Below are positions 42,945 through 57,247 of a stretch of DNA of 64,000 nt, in pieces. Where the stretch lies: NCBI GenBank assembly GCA_951406725.2, contig OX597818.1, forward strand, positions 117,614,001 through 117,678,000, in the 5' to 3' direction. Under the pieces are notes generated by a model. That model saw nothing but the letters and a program-made list of their open reading frames with translations, ran no database searches and was not told where the DNA came from. The position numbers were made by a program, and so were the translations under genes. Positions within the stretch are counted from its first letter, which is position 1; the number at the start of each line of letters is the position of its first letter. The stretch comes from Octopus vulgaris. Taxonomy: Eukaryota.

Positions 42945-45867
42945 GGACCTGTGTTATTGTGTGTGCTTGTGTATATGTTTGGCTGTGTATAGGTGTATAT
43001 ATATATGGATGATTGTGTGTATATATGTATATAATCTGGAGAGAGAATGAAGGAGAGAGCGCGGAAAATGGACAACAGTCGCAGGTTGATTAAATCTATA
43101 GTCACAATCTCACATCTAGAAGCTTAACGTAACTAATAAAAATATATTATCTTTTGTGTATTGCTTTTTCTTTAATTACTTTTATTTTCACCGAACAACG
43201 TAGAACTGAACTTAACACTTTTGATACTTATTGCAGATGAAGGGGACCTCATTGAGGCTCACACGTTAGTTTGTTGACCTCTGAACTTTAAAGGAGCAGT
43301 GAGACCTAAAGGTAGGGAGTGCGTATCGTACAAACAACACAGAACGGGGAACTACTGGGAAATATAAACAAACTGAAGCTTGCATGCATATACATGTCTG
43401 CACCGGAATTGATTTAATAACAACAAACTTCAGTCGTGCGCCCCGATATATTTATATATTATCGAGTTGTTGTCGTTGTTCTGTCTGCTCCACATCATCT
43501 CCGATGGGTTAGGACTGTGATCAAAACTGGTCTGTCAATGACCATCTCGTCTTATTTCTAGCAACACATGTTGCTAGTATCGCACCAATAGTGGACGGAG
43601 CACACTTGTTGAAAACATTAAAAGACTAATTAAATTATGTGTATGAGTCTGTATGTGTTAGTGCGTTTATTGTGAAAGGGAAAAGTTAGGTTACTGAGGT
43701 TTAATGAATTAAATAAATATAATTAAGTGCTGCACCGAATAATTAAATCTTCATTGAAAAGGGAGAGCTTGAATATGAAAGTGAATAATAGAAAAGTTAC
43801 AAAAATAACACTTTGAAAACAAAAAAATAACCATGCCCCCAAATCCTAAAATCGTCGAAATTTACAAGAAGAATATGGAAAAATAAATTTTGTTATACAA
43901 AGAGCAAGTAAAAAATTGAGTAAAATATTTTAAAAGTTCTTTATTTTCTCGTAACATGCATAATTATCAAGGTAATTTATATATATTTTCATGTGCTATT
44001 TTATTCATATTTAAAAAATGAAAATAAATTCATACATAAGTTTTTAAAATGCCGATTTTTTAAATACGTAAATGTAAGAAAGTTCATTAAAAAAATTAGA
44101 ATAAAATAAATTGAAAAATGGACAGAAAAATTGGTAATAATTGATCATTATGAATCAAAGGCAAGAGAAAACTATATACATATATGTCATTAATTATAAG
44201 AAATAGCCTGATTAATTTTCGTCCTTTTACACGATATATATACATACACCTTACATACACAAGCACACACAAACATCATGAGTGTGTATATGTATATATA
44301 TATATATATATGAAAGAGAAAGGGAGAGAGAGAGAGAAAGAAAGACAGAGAACACTAGAGTGATGTATGTATACATATCTATATAAATATAATGTTATTC
44401 ACGTTAATGAGGCGAAATAATAGAAAACGAAATGACAAAATATACACTATGTATCTGAGATACCGGCCGTAATTGAAGCGTATATATATATATATATATA
44501 TACAGATATGAACCCCGAACAATAATTGGAAAAAGTGCAATATGAATGCAAACAAGTGGTTGATAAAAAATAAATAAATAAATATATATGTATATATATG
44601 TATATATTTATATACATATATATATGGTACCAAGGACAAACGTCTTAAAAATTGTAAAACAAACTGTAACACTATTTTTCTCATAAATGTAGAAAACCCG
44701 GCGTACATAAAGAAATAGACACTTTCATAGACACATATACACAGAGACTCTTATACATACAAACACATGTATACATATATATGAAATAAATAATTGAAAG
44801 TACAAATTTGTGTATATAGATATTTCTATTGTTTTTGGTACTTACCTTTTTGTTTTATCTTGGATGTATTATTAAAGCCCTGCTTTTAGATTGAGTGGCT
44901 ATAGTTTAAGTTTTCCTATACTCAGCATATATATGAAGCAATATTTTCATATAAATTCACATCTACAACTTTGCCAATATTGGTGGCACACATGCCTTAC
45001 TTTCCCTGCTGAGTAGGATGCATTGCGTGGGCGGGTAATACGGTGATCAGACATCATCTCACCTGTAGAGGCATTTGAATTTTTAGCAGAACCTCCCCAA
45101 ATTGAACACAGTTGAGTCGATCGTTCAGGGAACAAGAAGGAAATGAATGATTTATAAGTAAACGAAGAAACTGAAGTCAGTAGAGAATGGAGATAAAAAA
45201 ATAACGCAAAGTAAAAAAAAAAAAGGAAAAAAAAGAAAAATGATTATAAAACAAAGAAGGATAGAATAAATAAATAAAGTGAAAGACAAAGAAATAAAGA
45301 AGGGAAGAAAAGAAGATGGAAAGAATGAAAACACTGGTTGAAGCTGTTGAAGAGAACAAAGTACCAATGATAAAAGAGTGAGTGTTGGATGAGCTACGTC
45401 AATGTATCAATAGAAGTCACAACCTGATGATAGCGTTATTTTATCTATCAACATTCGCACACACTCCCATAGACGCGAGCTCAAAGACGCGTGCGTGCAC
45501 ACGCACCCATCTACGTATGCATGCTATGCATGCATACACATACACACACGCATACATGCACACAAGCACACACACACACACACACAAACAGGCATTTATA
45601 TGTATGTATACAAATATACTTAAGCGATTTAGAAACGAAAGTTACGCGATAAATACGCGCACACATACGAGAACGCAAACGCGGGCGGCGCATTTACAAA
45701 AAAAAAGCACGTTGCGAAACAAATTAAAATAGCAGATAAGTTGCACCTTTTCAGCAACACCATTTACATATATGTATATGTGTATGTACATGTCAGTGTG
45801 TGTATGTTTGTGTTTGTGTATGTATGTATGTGTGTGCGTAGATATATATGTATACACACACATGTAC

Positions 45868-45919
<52 letters not shown>

Positions 45920-46063
45920 ATATGTATATATATACATAGCATATACCGACACACTCCATTCATAAACAGAGAAATAAGCAGACATACAGAAAAAGACAGG
46001 AAAACTGTGAAATAGGGGGAGGGGGCAGTAGACCCATATATACATTAATACATACATACATAC

Positions 46064-46166
<103 letters not shown>

Positions 46167-46514
46167 GTATATATATATTCGCACTTACGAATATATATAT
46201 ATATATTTATATATTTATAAGTGCGAACATATATCGATAGACAGATAAGTTATTGAGAGATTGTTTTATTGATAAATTGACAGAAAGAAGGGAAAACGAA
46301 CAAGGAAAGAGACAGAGTGATAGAGAGAGAGAAAGAGAGCGTGAGACAGAGGAACAGAGAGAGATGGTGAGAAAGAGAGTGGGGAGAGATAGTTTGCAGG
46401 TGAGAAAGGTAGATCAGTATTATGATCACCATTTGACTTTCAGCCTATAAACTGACAGGTAAATAAACACTCACACACACAAAACACACATTCACATATA
46501 CACACACGTATGTA

Positions 46515-46557
<43 letters not shown>

Positions 46558-47003
46558 CTGTGTGTGTGTGTGTGTACACGCACACGTGTGAGTATATACA
46601 TGTGTTTGTGTGTACGTATAGGTGTGTGTGCTTTAATAATTGCGTAAACCGAAATAATTGTAAAATGTAAAAAATACATTGCAAAATGATTCTAAAATGT
46701 AATCAAGCGAGAGAAATGGAGAGAGAGAGAGAGATAGAGGGGGGAAGGGACAAACACAGAGAAAGAAAGAAGGAAAGAATGAGAGAGAGAGAGACCAAAA
46801 TGTGTGGGACGGTATGAGAGACAGAGACATAGGGGGGTGTTCAGGTTGAGTAGCAGGTTGGTTATGTAGCATTGGAAACGTAAAGGTACACTTAGGCTAT
46901 TTTTGTTGTCTCATTTACGGGACGACTCACTAATTTCTATTGTTATACAACCGGATATTTTTTTTCGTTCTGAATGTATATATATGTATACACACACACA
47001 CAG

Positions 47004-47062
<59 letters not shown>

Positions 47063-47081
47063 GAGAGAGAGAGAGAGAGAG

Positions 47082-47152
<71 letters not shown>

Positions 47153-47207
47153 GATACAGATATATATATATATTTATATACATATATACATATATATATG
47201 TAAATAT

Positions 47208-47240
<33 letters not shown>

Positions 47241-47539
47241 TATGTATGTGCATATGTTGGTGCATAAACAAGATTGTGCAGCGTGTATGTATGCATGTAT
47301 GCATGCATGCATTTGCATATGTATAGGTGTATACCATATGAAAGAGGGGGAGAGAGAGAGTGTGTCTGAGTATGTGTGTGGGAGAGGCGAGAAAGAGGAA
47401 GAAGAGAGCAACCAACACAAACTGGTACATTTGAATACAAAAACACTGCAAATACAAAGGCAATGCACACACAGACACACAGACACACACAGACACACAC
47501 ACACATATATATATACATACATGCATACACACTCACACA

Positions 47540-47961
<422 letters not shown>

Positions 47962-49109
47962 AATGTATGGATTTACCGAATATTAAAGTTTACACCTGTT
48001 CACCTGTACTGATAGATTTAAGAAGGAAATTGACGAAACTCAATCAGTAGACGCATTTTATGCCCTCAGTACGACCCGTTTCTATGTCTCCCTCACACAC
48101 ACACACACACACACACACACGCAAGCATAAACACAGACACACACGCACGCATAAACACAGACACACACACAAGCACGCACGTAGGTGCATACAGTTACTG
48201 TATATATAATAAAAGCTAACCGAAACAACAATATTTGTGCGTTCATCATATAGTCATGCATGTGTACCCATTGAAACACACACGTAGACACAGCGTGTAC
48301 TATTTACTGTGTAACTTCGGCAGCAGCGTCTGCTAGCGAGCTGAAGGAAGGGCAGGTAACTCTGGTGGAATATATGTTTGTTTGTTTTATTTTTTTGCAG
48401 TAAAAGTGTCAGTCATAATAACGGAGCGTTAATGCCGCAATGGAGAATAAAATCCGATAATCTGCTAAGTTACGGCCTAGACAAGCATTCACGCACGTAA
48501 CAGGTAGTGACAGACTAACAGGCGTTGCTTTTTGTATATTTGCGTGCGCTCATATACGCAGGTACTGCTAAAAAAAACCTGCGCACTTGTATACGCGCAT
48601 AATCGGACACCGATGCATTCACCTGCCTAATATGTTCGTACAAGTGTACCTATGTCTACACGCGTATAAATGTGTTTTCATTCGTGTGTGTGTGTGTGCG
48701 CTAGTCAGACAGAGCGAGTGAGAGACGCAGACAGACACAAAGAGGGAGAGAGAGAGAATGTAAATATGCATACGGGTACACTCGTGCTTAGAAACTAAAG
48801 ATGCCGCAATATTCAGGTGTCGTTTTATGCGCACACATTCTGAACTGTGTGGTTTACATATGTACGTTGAGATTTATTATTGCCATTGTTTTTCTCTCTT
48901 TTTCATTGATGTGTAGACAGTGTATCCGAAGCTACAGCATCATATGCTGCAGGACTGTAGTGTTTGACTGAGTGGAAATTTAGCATTTGTTTCCGTCAAG
49001 CTGCCTGAAAAGTTCGATATTTCCTTGCTAGAGATCAGAGCTAGCAAACGTTTATCAACTGCGTTTACCAGTGACACTAAAGTTCGCTACGATTCTACAA
49101 GGAATTAAG

Positions 49110-49141
<32 letters not shown>

Positions 49142-49145
49142 ACTA

Positions 49146-49205
<60 letters not shown>

Positions 49206-49439
49206 GTATATATGTATATGTATGTGTGTATGAGCAATAATAATTCTCTGAGTGAAACGTATCCCGGGTCTCCGGGTATCACGTGAGGCTAGAGATGGGA
49301 ACGATGATTTCCCTTCGCAAATACTGATCGGACACAGACAACGGGTCGTTAGCCAGCTAGAGGAGAGATCTTCCTGGGGCTATAAACAAGAATAGCATCG
49401 TCCCCTATGGGTCCGCCACATTTACGTGGCAAATATACT

Positions 49440-49481
<42 letters not shown>

Positions 49482-49644
49482 TGTGTGTGTGTGTATTTCT
49501 GTGTGAGCATGTGTGTGTAGGTGTGGGTGTGTGGTTGTATGCTGGTGTGTGTACAACAGGTATTCATGTAGGTACAATGCAACGAGTAAAAAATTGTACT
49601 AGAATTCCAAAGATAGAGTAACATTACATTATTACTATATATAT

Positions 49645-49730
49645 ATCTTTTACTCTTTTATTTGTTTCAGTCATTTGACTTCGGCCATGCTGGAGCACCG
49701 CCTTTAGTCGATCAAATCAACCCCAGGACT
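49645..49730 (-). mobile_element. SINE family A, 3' tail only
   Basis: 'tgtttcagtcatttgacttcggccatgctggagcaccgcctttagtcga'. Confidence 0.85.
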
Positions 49731-50103
49731 GTGCTTTTTAACATTATACGCCTATATTGGAGGATTTCTTGAGACGAAATCCGCAGTATTAGGCGTTGTA
49801 ACAAAATATCACGTTCAGTAGCTTATAAAGTTTGCCATACGGTAGGAATACTGCTTCCATCGCAAAGAACTGAATGTATATTATATTAGGTATATATGAT
49901 GCAGTGCAGAATTTTGTCAGTGAACAGGTTGCAGTCTCAAAGAAACAGAAAAATGTTGGCAAATTAAATTTATATGTTGAAGTAAATCTAACGGATTTTG
50001 TATGTTTTTAAATGGCTTATAAACGCCTTCCACGCTGCAATTGATTTTGTTTCAACACACGATCTCAGATCAGGTCACATGCTATGCAAGTACATCTCCG
50101 TAA

Positions 50104-50176
<73 letters not shown>

Positions 50177-50180
<4 letters not shown>

Positions 50181-53105
50181 TTAAATCCTTAAAAATGTTT
50201 TAGCCTGAAGGCCGCGGCCATGCTGGGGCACCACCGCTGAATGAGCTACACTAGTTTGTGAATCCACCTCTGATACGTGGCACTTGATCAACAAGGGAGT
50301 TCGATGCTGCTGCCCGCATCCGTGTCTCCTGTCGTGAGGTAGGTTCATCTGGGACTCCCAACAAGAAGAGATCCAGTTTAGTTTTAAAGAAACCCACATC
50401 CACACCATGTAAGTCTCTCAGGCATTTAGGGAGGATGTTAAAGAGCTGTGGTCCTCTGAAACCCAAGCTGTTGCAGTATCTGGACCTGTATTTTGATGGT
50501 GATGTTGGAATCCTTGGCACCACGCAGCGGCGCCCTGTTCTGCGGTTGGAGTAACTTTGAATGCCAAAGTTTGGGACAAGACCCTCCAGGATTTTCCAGA
50601 TGTATATCACTGCATATCTCTCCCGCCTCCGCTCCAGGGAGAAGAGGTTTAATACCTTCAGTCTTTCCCAGTAGCTGACATTTTGCATTGAGACGATTTT
50701 CTTTGTGTAGCTTCTCTGAGTTGCTTCGAGTTCTGCTGTATGTGTTATATTGTGTGGTGACCAAAGTTGGGAGCAGTAGTCCAAGCGGCTGAGGACAAAT
50801 GTTTTCCATAGGACCATCAGTGTCTCCTTCTCTCTTGTTCTGAAAGTTCGGAGAATCCATCCAGCTAGCCGTCTGCATTTTATCACCAGATTAGCAATAT
50901 GCATTTGGAAAGATGCATCATTGCTCATGTCAATGCCCAGGTCACGCACTGATTTTGACTCAGGGATTGCAATTCTTCCTGGGCCAGTGTATCCAGTTTT
51001 CACGTCATTTACCTTTGTGTGCCAGTAGCGCAGGGCCTGGAACTTACCTGCATTAAACTGCATGTTGTTGTCCTCAGCCCACCTGTATATTGTGTCCAGC
51101 TCATGTTGCAGATGCGCAATATTTTCAGGGTTTTGTATTGCGTGGGAGACTTTTGTGTCATCTGCATAGCTAGCAAGGGTGGTCATCGTAGCAACTGAAG
51201 GCATGTCTGAAAGGGCCACTATGAACATCAGTGGCCCCAAGACAGTGCCCTGTGGGACACCGCTTGTTATTTGCGTTTCCCTGGAGGTGGCTCCATTGCT
51301 CACAACTGCCTGTTTTCTGTCTTTTAGGAAGTTGTGCAGCCACTCTCCAAGTTTCCCGCCTATGCCGAGACCACGCAGTTTGTGACAGATCATACCATGG
51401 TCGACTTTATCAAAGGCTTTTGCAAAGTCAAGATATATTACATCCACATTTGAGCCATTTAGTAGCTGTTTCAACACTCAGTCATAGTGTTGCAGGAGCT
51501 GTGTTAGGCAGCCTCTACCTGGTCGAAATCCATGCTGGGTGTCAGACAGTAAGTCATTTTCTTCAAGGAACATGATTAGTTTCTTACGGACTATTCGTTC
51601 CATGACTTTGCTGATGTGTGAGGTCAGAGAGATAGGCCTATAATTTTTAGCATCTGCTCTGCTACCTCCCTTATGGATAGGGCATATTACCCCCTCTTTC
51701 AGTTTGACTGGGAGCTTACCACTTGCAAGAAAGCTCTGAAAAAGAAGCTGTAGCGGTTTTGCAAGGGCTTGTTTGCACGATTTGAGAAGGATCGCTGGGA
51801 ATCCATCAGGTCCAGCAGCTGAGTTTGTGTCAATCTCATCAATGGCTAGTGTGATATCATCTTCTTCGATGTTGATGTACTCAATTTTTGTCTCTTTGGC
51901 CGCTGGTAAAGTGGCAAAGAATTCTTCTGGGTTGTTTACTTGCCTGTGTCCTAGAGGTGTAGTGAACACACTTTGGAACTGTTCGTTCAGTATTTCACTT
52001 ATCCTCGTGGGATTTCCTGTGAGAGAGCCATCTTTTTGGAAGAGAGGTCCTATTCTCTGGTGCACTGTGGCTGTCTCTTTGGCAAACTTAAAGAAAGCTT
52101 TAGGGTTTGATTTTATATTTTCTATTACCCAAGCTTCTTTATCTGCTCTCTCCTTTTCATGGGACTGATGTAGACTTTTCTCAGTTTCCATTAGCATTCT
52201 TTCGAGCCGAGACTTCTCACCACTTTTGGTGTGCTTGCTCAGGCGGTTTGCAATCCTTGTCCGTAGTCTCATAAGAATCCTCCTTTCTCTAGGGATCCTG
52301 TTTTTGTTCTTGTGTGTGCTGGCCCTGCACATTGGGACATATTTGTCACATATGGCTTGTATTATGGACATGAAGTGTTTGTGTTTCATGTTTATGTCCG
52401 GTGTGGAGAGACATTCAGGCCAATCCTGTTTGAGGATCTCTCTCAATCGACTTCCAGTTGGCTTTATGAAAGTTTAAGTTGGAGAGATGGTGGGTGCTTC
52501 GTATAGGCTGTGTGTCTGCGGGGGCTTTTGTTCCATACATAGACAGCTCTATTATGTTGTGATCCGAGATCATTGTCGGCATCACATTAACATTATGGAT
52601 AATATCCATATTGTTTGTGAAGCAGAGATCCAGTATATTATCTGCCCTTGTTGGTTGCAGAACTATTTGCTCCATGAAAGAGGTATTTGTGAGATGGAGC
52701 TGGGACTCCACCTGTGCCTGCTGATGGTGTGTCATCCCTGGGAGCATCTGCCCCCCAGGCCATTCCACATTGGGGAGGTTAAAGTCACCCATGAAGAATA
52801 CACTGTTGTGCTCTTCAATGTTGGTGAGGACTTCTCCTATTTTTGTTAGGCAGTCTTCAAACATGCCTGAGTGTTTTGGGGCGTCTGGTGGGCGATATGT
52901 AGTGCATATGACGATATTCAGTTGTCTTATGTGTACAATTTGAGTTTCACATACTGAGTTTGAATATGACAGCAGGACCTGGGGCGTGAGGTCATCTCGG
53001 ATGTACATTGCAACTCCACCATGGCTCCTCCCTTTTCTATCTGTGCGTATGACTGCATATTGCGGCATGTGTATTTCTGCATCACCTATATCGGGTTCAA
53101 GATGC
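50177..53105 (-). mobile_element. 5'-truncated CR1-group LINE (APE endonuclease + reverse transcriptase)
   Basis: APE motifs THL, RTDRKGRSHGGVAMY, YRPP, GDFN, TRADNILDL, SDH; RT motifs GPDG, YRPISLTS, QHGFR, YLDFAKAFDKVDH, GVPQGTVLGP, YADD; C-terminal SLERRR; short 3' UTR ending in (TTTAAGGA)2 at a (TA)n tract. Confidence 0.95.
50251..53105 (-). pseudogene. LINE ORF2 broken by one frameshift (about 52440) and one stop (51478-51480)
   Basis: ORFs 52415-53185, 51478-52446 and 50251-51477 join into one polypeptide after the two corrections. Confidence 0.9.
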
Positions 53106-53318
53106 GTATATATTAAATACAAAATGGGACAAGAACTAAAAACATTCAAAGAGTTAGGTGATACCAAAAAAGGACAACAAAACATCCAGACAGACGATAC
53201 AAAGTAAACAAGGACAGGTCATTCGGAGCTTTCTTTCCTCAGTCGAGTTCCAGAATATCTTGTGTGTGTTTACACGCACGCACACACACACACACACATA
53301 CACACACACATATATATG

Positions 53319-53355
<37 letters not shown>

Positions 53356-53665
53356 TCCTCTGAGTGTGTGTGTCTGTGTCTATATAAGTGTGTGTAAGAA
53401 TCATATTGTAGCGGCAAACTGAACATTATTTCATTGACCTATATACATAATATGAGGTCATCTCTTATATGTTTCAATTTTTATATGAATTTGCAATGAG
53501 TTGTTTGTATTTCTTGCTCTATGCATTATTAACGATGTAGTGAGGATGCTATAAATCCAGCCATTTTGCCGATAGCACTTATAATATATTTTAATTATCC
53601 TTGGAAACAAAACACGCGCACACACACAGACACACGCGTGTGCAAAATCTCACGATTCTGTACCT

Positions 53666-54100
53666 ATACTCTCTTTTACTCTTTTACTTGTTTCAGTCAT
53701 TTGACTGCGGCCATGCTGGAGCACCGCCTTTTTAGTCGACTTATTCGACTTATTCTTTGGAAGCCTAGTACTTATTCTTTGACTCTCTTTTGTCGAAGCG
53801 TTAAGTTACGGGGACGTAACACACACCAGCATCGGTTGTCAAGCGATTTTAGGGGAACAAACACAGACACACACACATATATACGCATACGTATACGTAT
53901 ATATGTGTGTGTACGTATATATATATATACATATATACGATAAGCTTCTTTCAGTTTCCGCCTACCAAATCCACTCACATGGCTTCGGTCGACCCGAGGC
54001 TATAGTAGAAGACACATGCCCAAGGTGCCACGCAGTGTGACTGAACCCGGAACCATGTGGTTGGTAAGCAAGCTACTTACCACACAGCCACTCCTGCGCC
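53666..54100 (-). mobile_element. SINE family A, full length
   Basis: Head GGCGCAGGAGTGGCTGTGTGGTAAG; tail (GTAAAAGA)n. Confidence 0.9.
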
Positions 54101-54269
54101 TATGTATATATGTATAGATTAATGCACACCTTTATACATGAGTATGTGTGTATGTTTGTTTGTATATAAGTATATATAAATATACATGGGAATACATCTA
54201 TATACAGACACATACACACTCACATACATATACAGACACATACACACATACACGCATATACATCAGGCA

Positions 54270-54480
54270 AAATCATTAGTTCGTCGAACAACATTCTTTG
54301 CGGCATTTAGTCCGTCTCAATGTTCTGTTTTTCAAATTCTGCCCAGGTCGACTTCGCCTTTCATTCTTTCGGGGTTGATAAAGTGATAAAATAATACCAG
54401 TTAAACACGGGTGGCGATATATTCAACTTTACCCGGTTCACGAAATTAATGGCCTTGTGCCAAAATTTGTAACCAATAAG
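54270..54480 (+). mobile_element. SINE family B
   Basis: Core 'ggtcgacttcgcctttcattctttcgggg' and tail 'ggccttgtgccaaaatttg'. Confidence 0.8.
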
Positions 54481-55417
54481 ATTCAGAAGTGCATCTCAGG
54501 ATCTACGTGCCAAGGATTGCTGGTTAGAAATTTCTTGAAATAATCACAACTTTCTTTGAGAATCAGTGACATTTCCCATTAAGAATTTCTTCCTTTTTAC
54601 AACTAAAAGCAAAATCTTAATTAATCAAAATTGCTTGTGAAAGGCCTTGTGAATTTATTTAATTTGGGTTTATTTTAAAGCATCCACAAAGGCAAATATA
54701 GTTTCTATCCCAACGTCTCTTCCTTTTTCCTTCTCACCCAAGCTTTGTCTTTATTTAGTTCAGTCTATCTTTCTTATCTTTCTCTCTCACTTTTTCTCGC
54801 CTTTGTCTTTCATTTTGTTTTTTATATATTGTCTCCCTAACTCTCTCTCCTTTTTGTTTGCCTCTCTTCATCACACTTTTCTTACTTTTCTCCTACCATT
54901 AATATAATTAACTCTGACGGCTCTTCACAACTTGTTAGCATGTGCTCACTTCCGCCTCTGTCTTATTTTCCTGTCGCATACGCAACCTATTTCACAGTTT
55001 TAATCTCTGTATTTATCTCCTGTAAACTTCCCCACGAAATATTACAGAAATTTTTTCAGCCAGTATACTACCAATATAGGAAAAAGGTAAAAATCACCAA
55101 AAAACAAAAAAAAACCCAAAAAGAACCACCCATTCTCTCTAATGTGTTCCCTCCCGAATTCACTAATTATTATCATTACAGCCTTCCATAATAATGCCAA
55201 GTCAATGGTTCTCAACACCCACACTAATTTTCTGATCCGAGTAGAATGAAAGGGTTATGGACGCTGCAGCCAACTTTTTTTTAAACGATTGTTTTCTATT
55301 CTATTCTTTTTTTAATTTATATCTTTGCTGTAAAAAAAAAAAAACCCCACCTGCCAAGGAAACGCAATGATGCAAAACAAAACAAAAAATTGACATTAGC
55401 AGTAAGAGCTACAACAC

Positions 55418-55419
<2 letters not shown>

Positions 55420-55495
<76 letters not shown>
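55420..55495. repeat. (AGT)n microsatellite
   Basis: Directly visible. Confidence 0.95.
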
Positions 55496-55497
<2 letters not shown>

Positions 55498-55862
55498 TTT
55501 CGTGGTGGTAGCAGTAAAAGCATTTAGATGTATTTAGTTTGTCAGTTCCATTAGAAACACTGCCCATTAAATCTGAAACTCATTTGTGATTGAAGAGCAA
55601 CAGCATCAGGGATGCCAGCATCACAGTAACATCGGGGCTAATGATTTGTCACACAGGATCAAAAGTAGAATTTTAAAAGAAACACATTGAGGATCGAATC
55701 GCGCTCATTATGTGCTTGGTGCTTTTTATTTTTTCCTATCGGCCTATTGATGTGCAAAAAATCGTTTTCACAGGGCGGTGCAAAAATCACTGACAATCAT
55801 TAAACGTAACATTCTAGATGAAACGGTAAATATTTATTTCTTCCATTTAAATGTATTTAAAT

Positions 55863-56128
55863 CAGTTATTCACGATCGGGGTTCGTGTGACCTTTTGGGA
55901 TTTATATGATCCTTGGCGGTCCGTATAAGATTTTGTTGTTAAAATGTATGTGAAATAATTGTTTATACATCTATAATAGGCAAAATATTTCAGCAATTTT
56001 CTGATATAATATCTAATAATATTTAATTAACAAAATATAATAGTTTTAAATCAACGAGTGGCTATGGAGGTCCAGTACAGTAAAATAGGGATCAAAGGTG
56101 CTCAGAAGGAGAAAATGAGAACCACTGG
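55863..56128. mobile_element. Degenerate hAT-like MITE
   Basis: Ends CAGTTATTCAC / GAGAACCACTG resemble Charlie-type CAGTGGTTCTC TIRs. Confidence 0.4.
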
Positions 56129-57066
56129 ATTAGACCTAGAAATTGAGTTGCAAATTTCGAGAAAAATTTAGGGTGTCGGAGGTAGATATATTCCACGGTG
56201 TTGTAGAACATTGCACCGAGATGTTTGGACTATGAAATTGGCGTTGTTTCAAGAACGGTATGTCGCGCAGTTAGATAAAAATAATTTCCACACTTCAAAA
56301 CGTATTTAATGAAAAATTACACTTTTTCATTAATAGTTATTTAAATTCTAAAATTGAAATCTCTTTCTGAGCAAGACTAGAAATCCCTATTTAGAATTCC
56401 ATTACTTCGGCTAATTTAGATTTTTCTATTGAATTGCATTTCTATGTTACACTTAGTTGTAACCCATAAAAAAGACTATATTTGGTCCCCAAACGGAATA
56501 GAAAAATCCCACCTTCACGTACTAAAAAAAAAAAAAAAATACATACTGGATAATGTTTCGCTAGATAATATTAAACTTTATAAGAAAATGAGAAGGCAAA
56601 ATTAATTATTGTCATGGTTACGTAAAAGCATCGTAAAAATTTGTTATTTTAGTATTTCTTAACATATGTTTATATCGTAAAATTTAATAATAATATTACA
56701 TCTGCAATCGATAATTGCCATTATCTCAGCAAAACACCACATACATCGATTTGCGGATCTTGTATATGTCAGGGAGCATCATTAGATGGACCAACCTATT
56801 GATTAACTCCGAAATTTTTTGAGATAATGAATTACGGCACGAGTTTCTTCAGATCTCAAACTTTGAACGTGATTACGTAATCGGGGCTTAGTATACGTCT
56901 CGGTTGCTGTTGCCTAAGATGATTTGCTCGGCATAACTACACACATATACGCTATGTTATTATTCAAGCACTTATTCTTCAGTGGACAGATAGCAGGATA
57001 CCTAAAGTTATAGGTTTTCCTCACAGGCTTGGTAGAGTTGCAAAAATGTGATCAAGTTGTATGATT

Positions 57067-57247
57067 CAGTGCTCTGCAACAGGTATGCCGCGGTACATTG
57101 GTGTTCCCCGAGATGATACTAGGTGTGCCTCAGTGTGACCTGAATATAATCGTTTCTCTATAATTTTAGTTACATTTTAGTTCAGAGCCGAAAAATTTTG
57201 AAAAGAATATAAGTATACCGCAAATGAAGAAAGGCTACGTAGCACTG
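57067..57247. mobile_element. Short hAT-like MITE
   Basis: Termini CAGTGCT / AGCACTG with subterminal 'gtatgccgcgg' and 'gtataccgc'; no clear target-site duplication. Confidence 0.45.

Noticed and set aside
43238-43311. Plus-strand AG...GT bounded segment
   Set aside because: Stops in all three frames; no support as a coding exon.
44840-45135. Several minus-strand donor-like motifs and a 62-aa ORF
   Set aside because: No matching acceptor or homology; cannot be distinguished from chance.
50438-52849. Alternative-frame and antisense ORFs overlapping the LINE
   Set aside because: Shadow ORFs of the higher-GC ORF2.
53106-53185. N-terminal extension MFCCPFLVSP... of the endonuclease ORF
   Set aside because: Lies beyond the 5' truncation point; flanking sequence that happens to be in frame.
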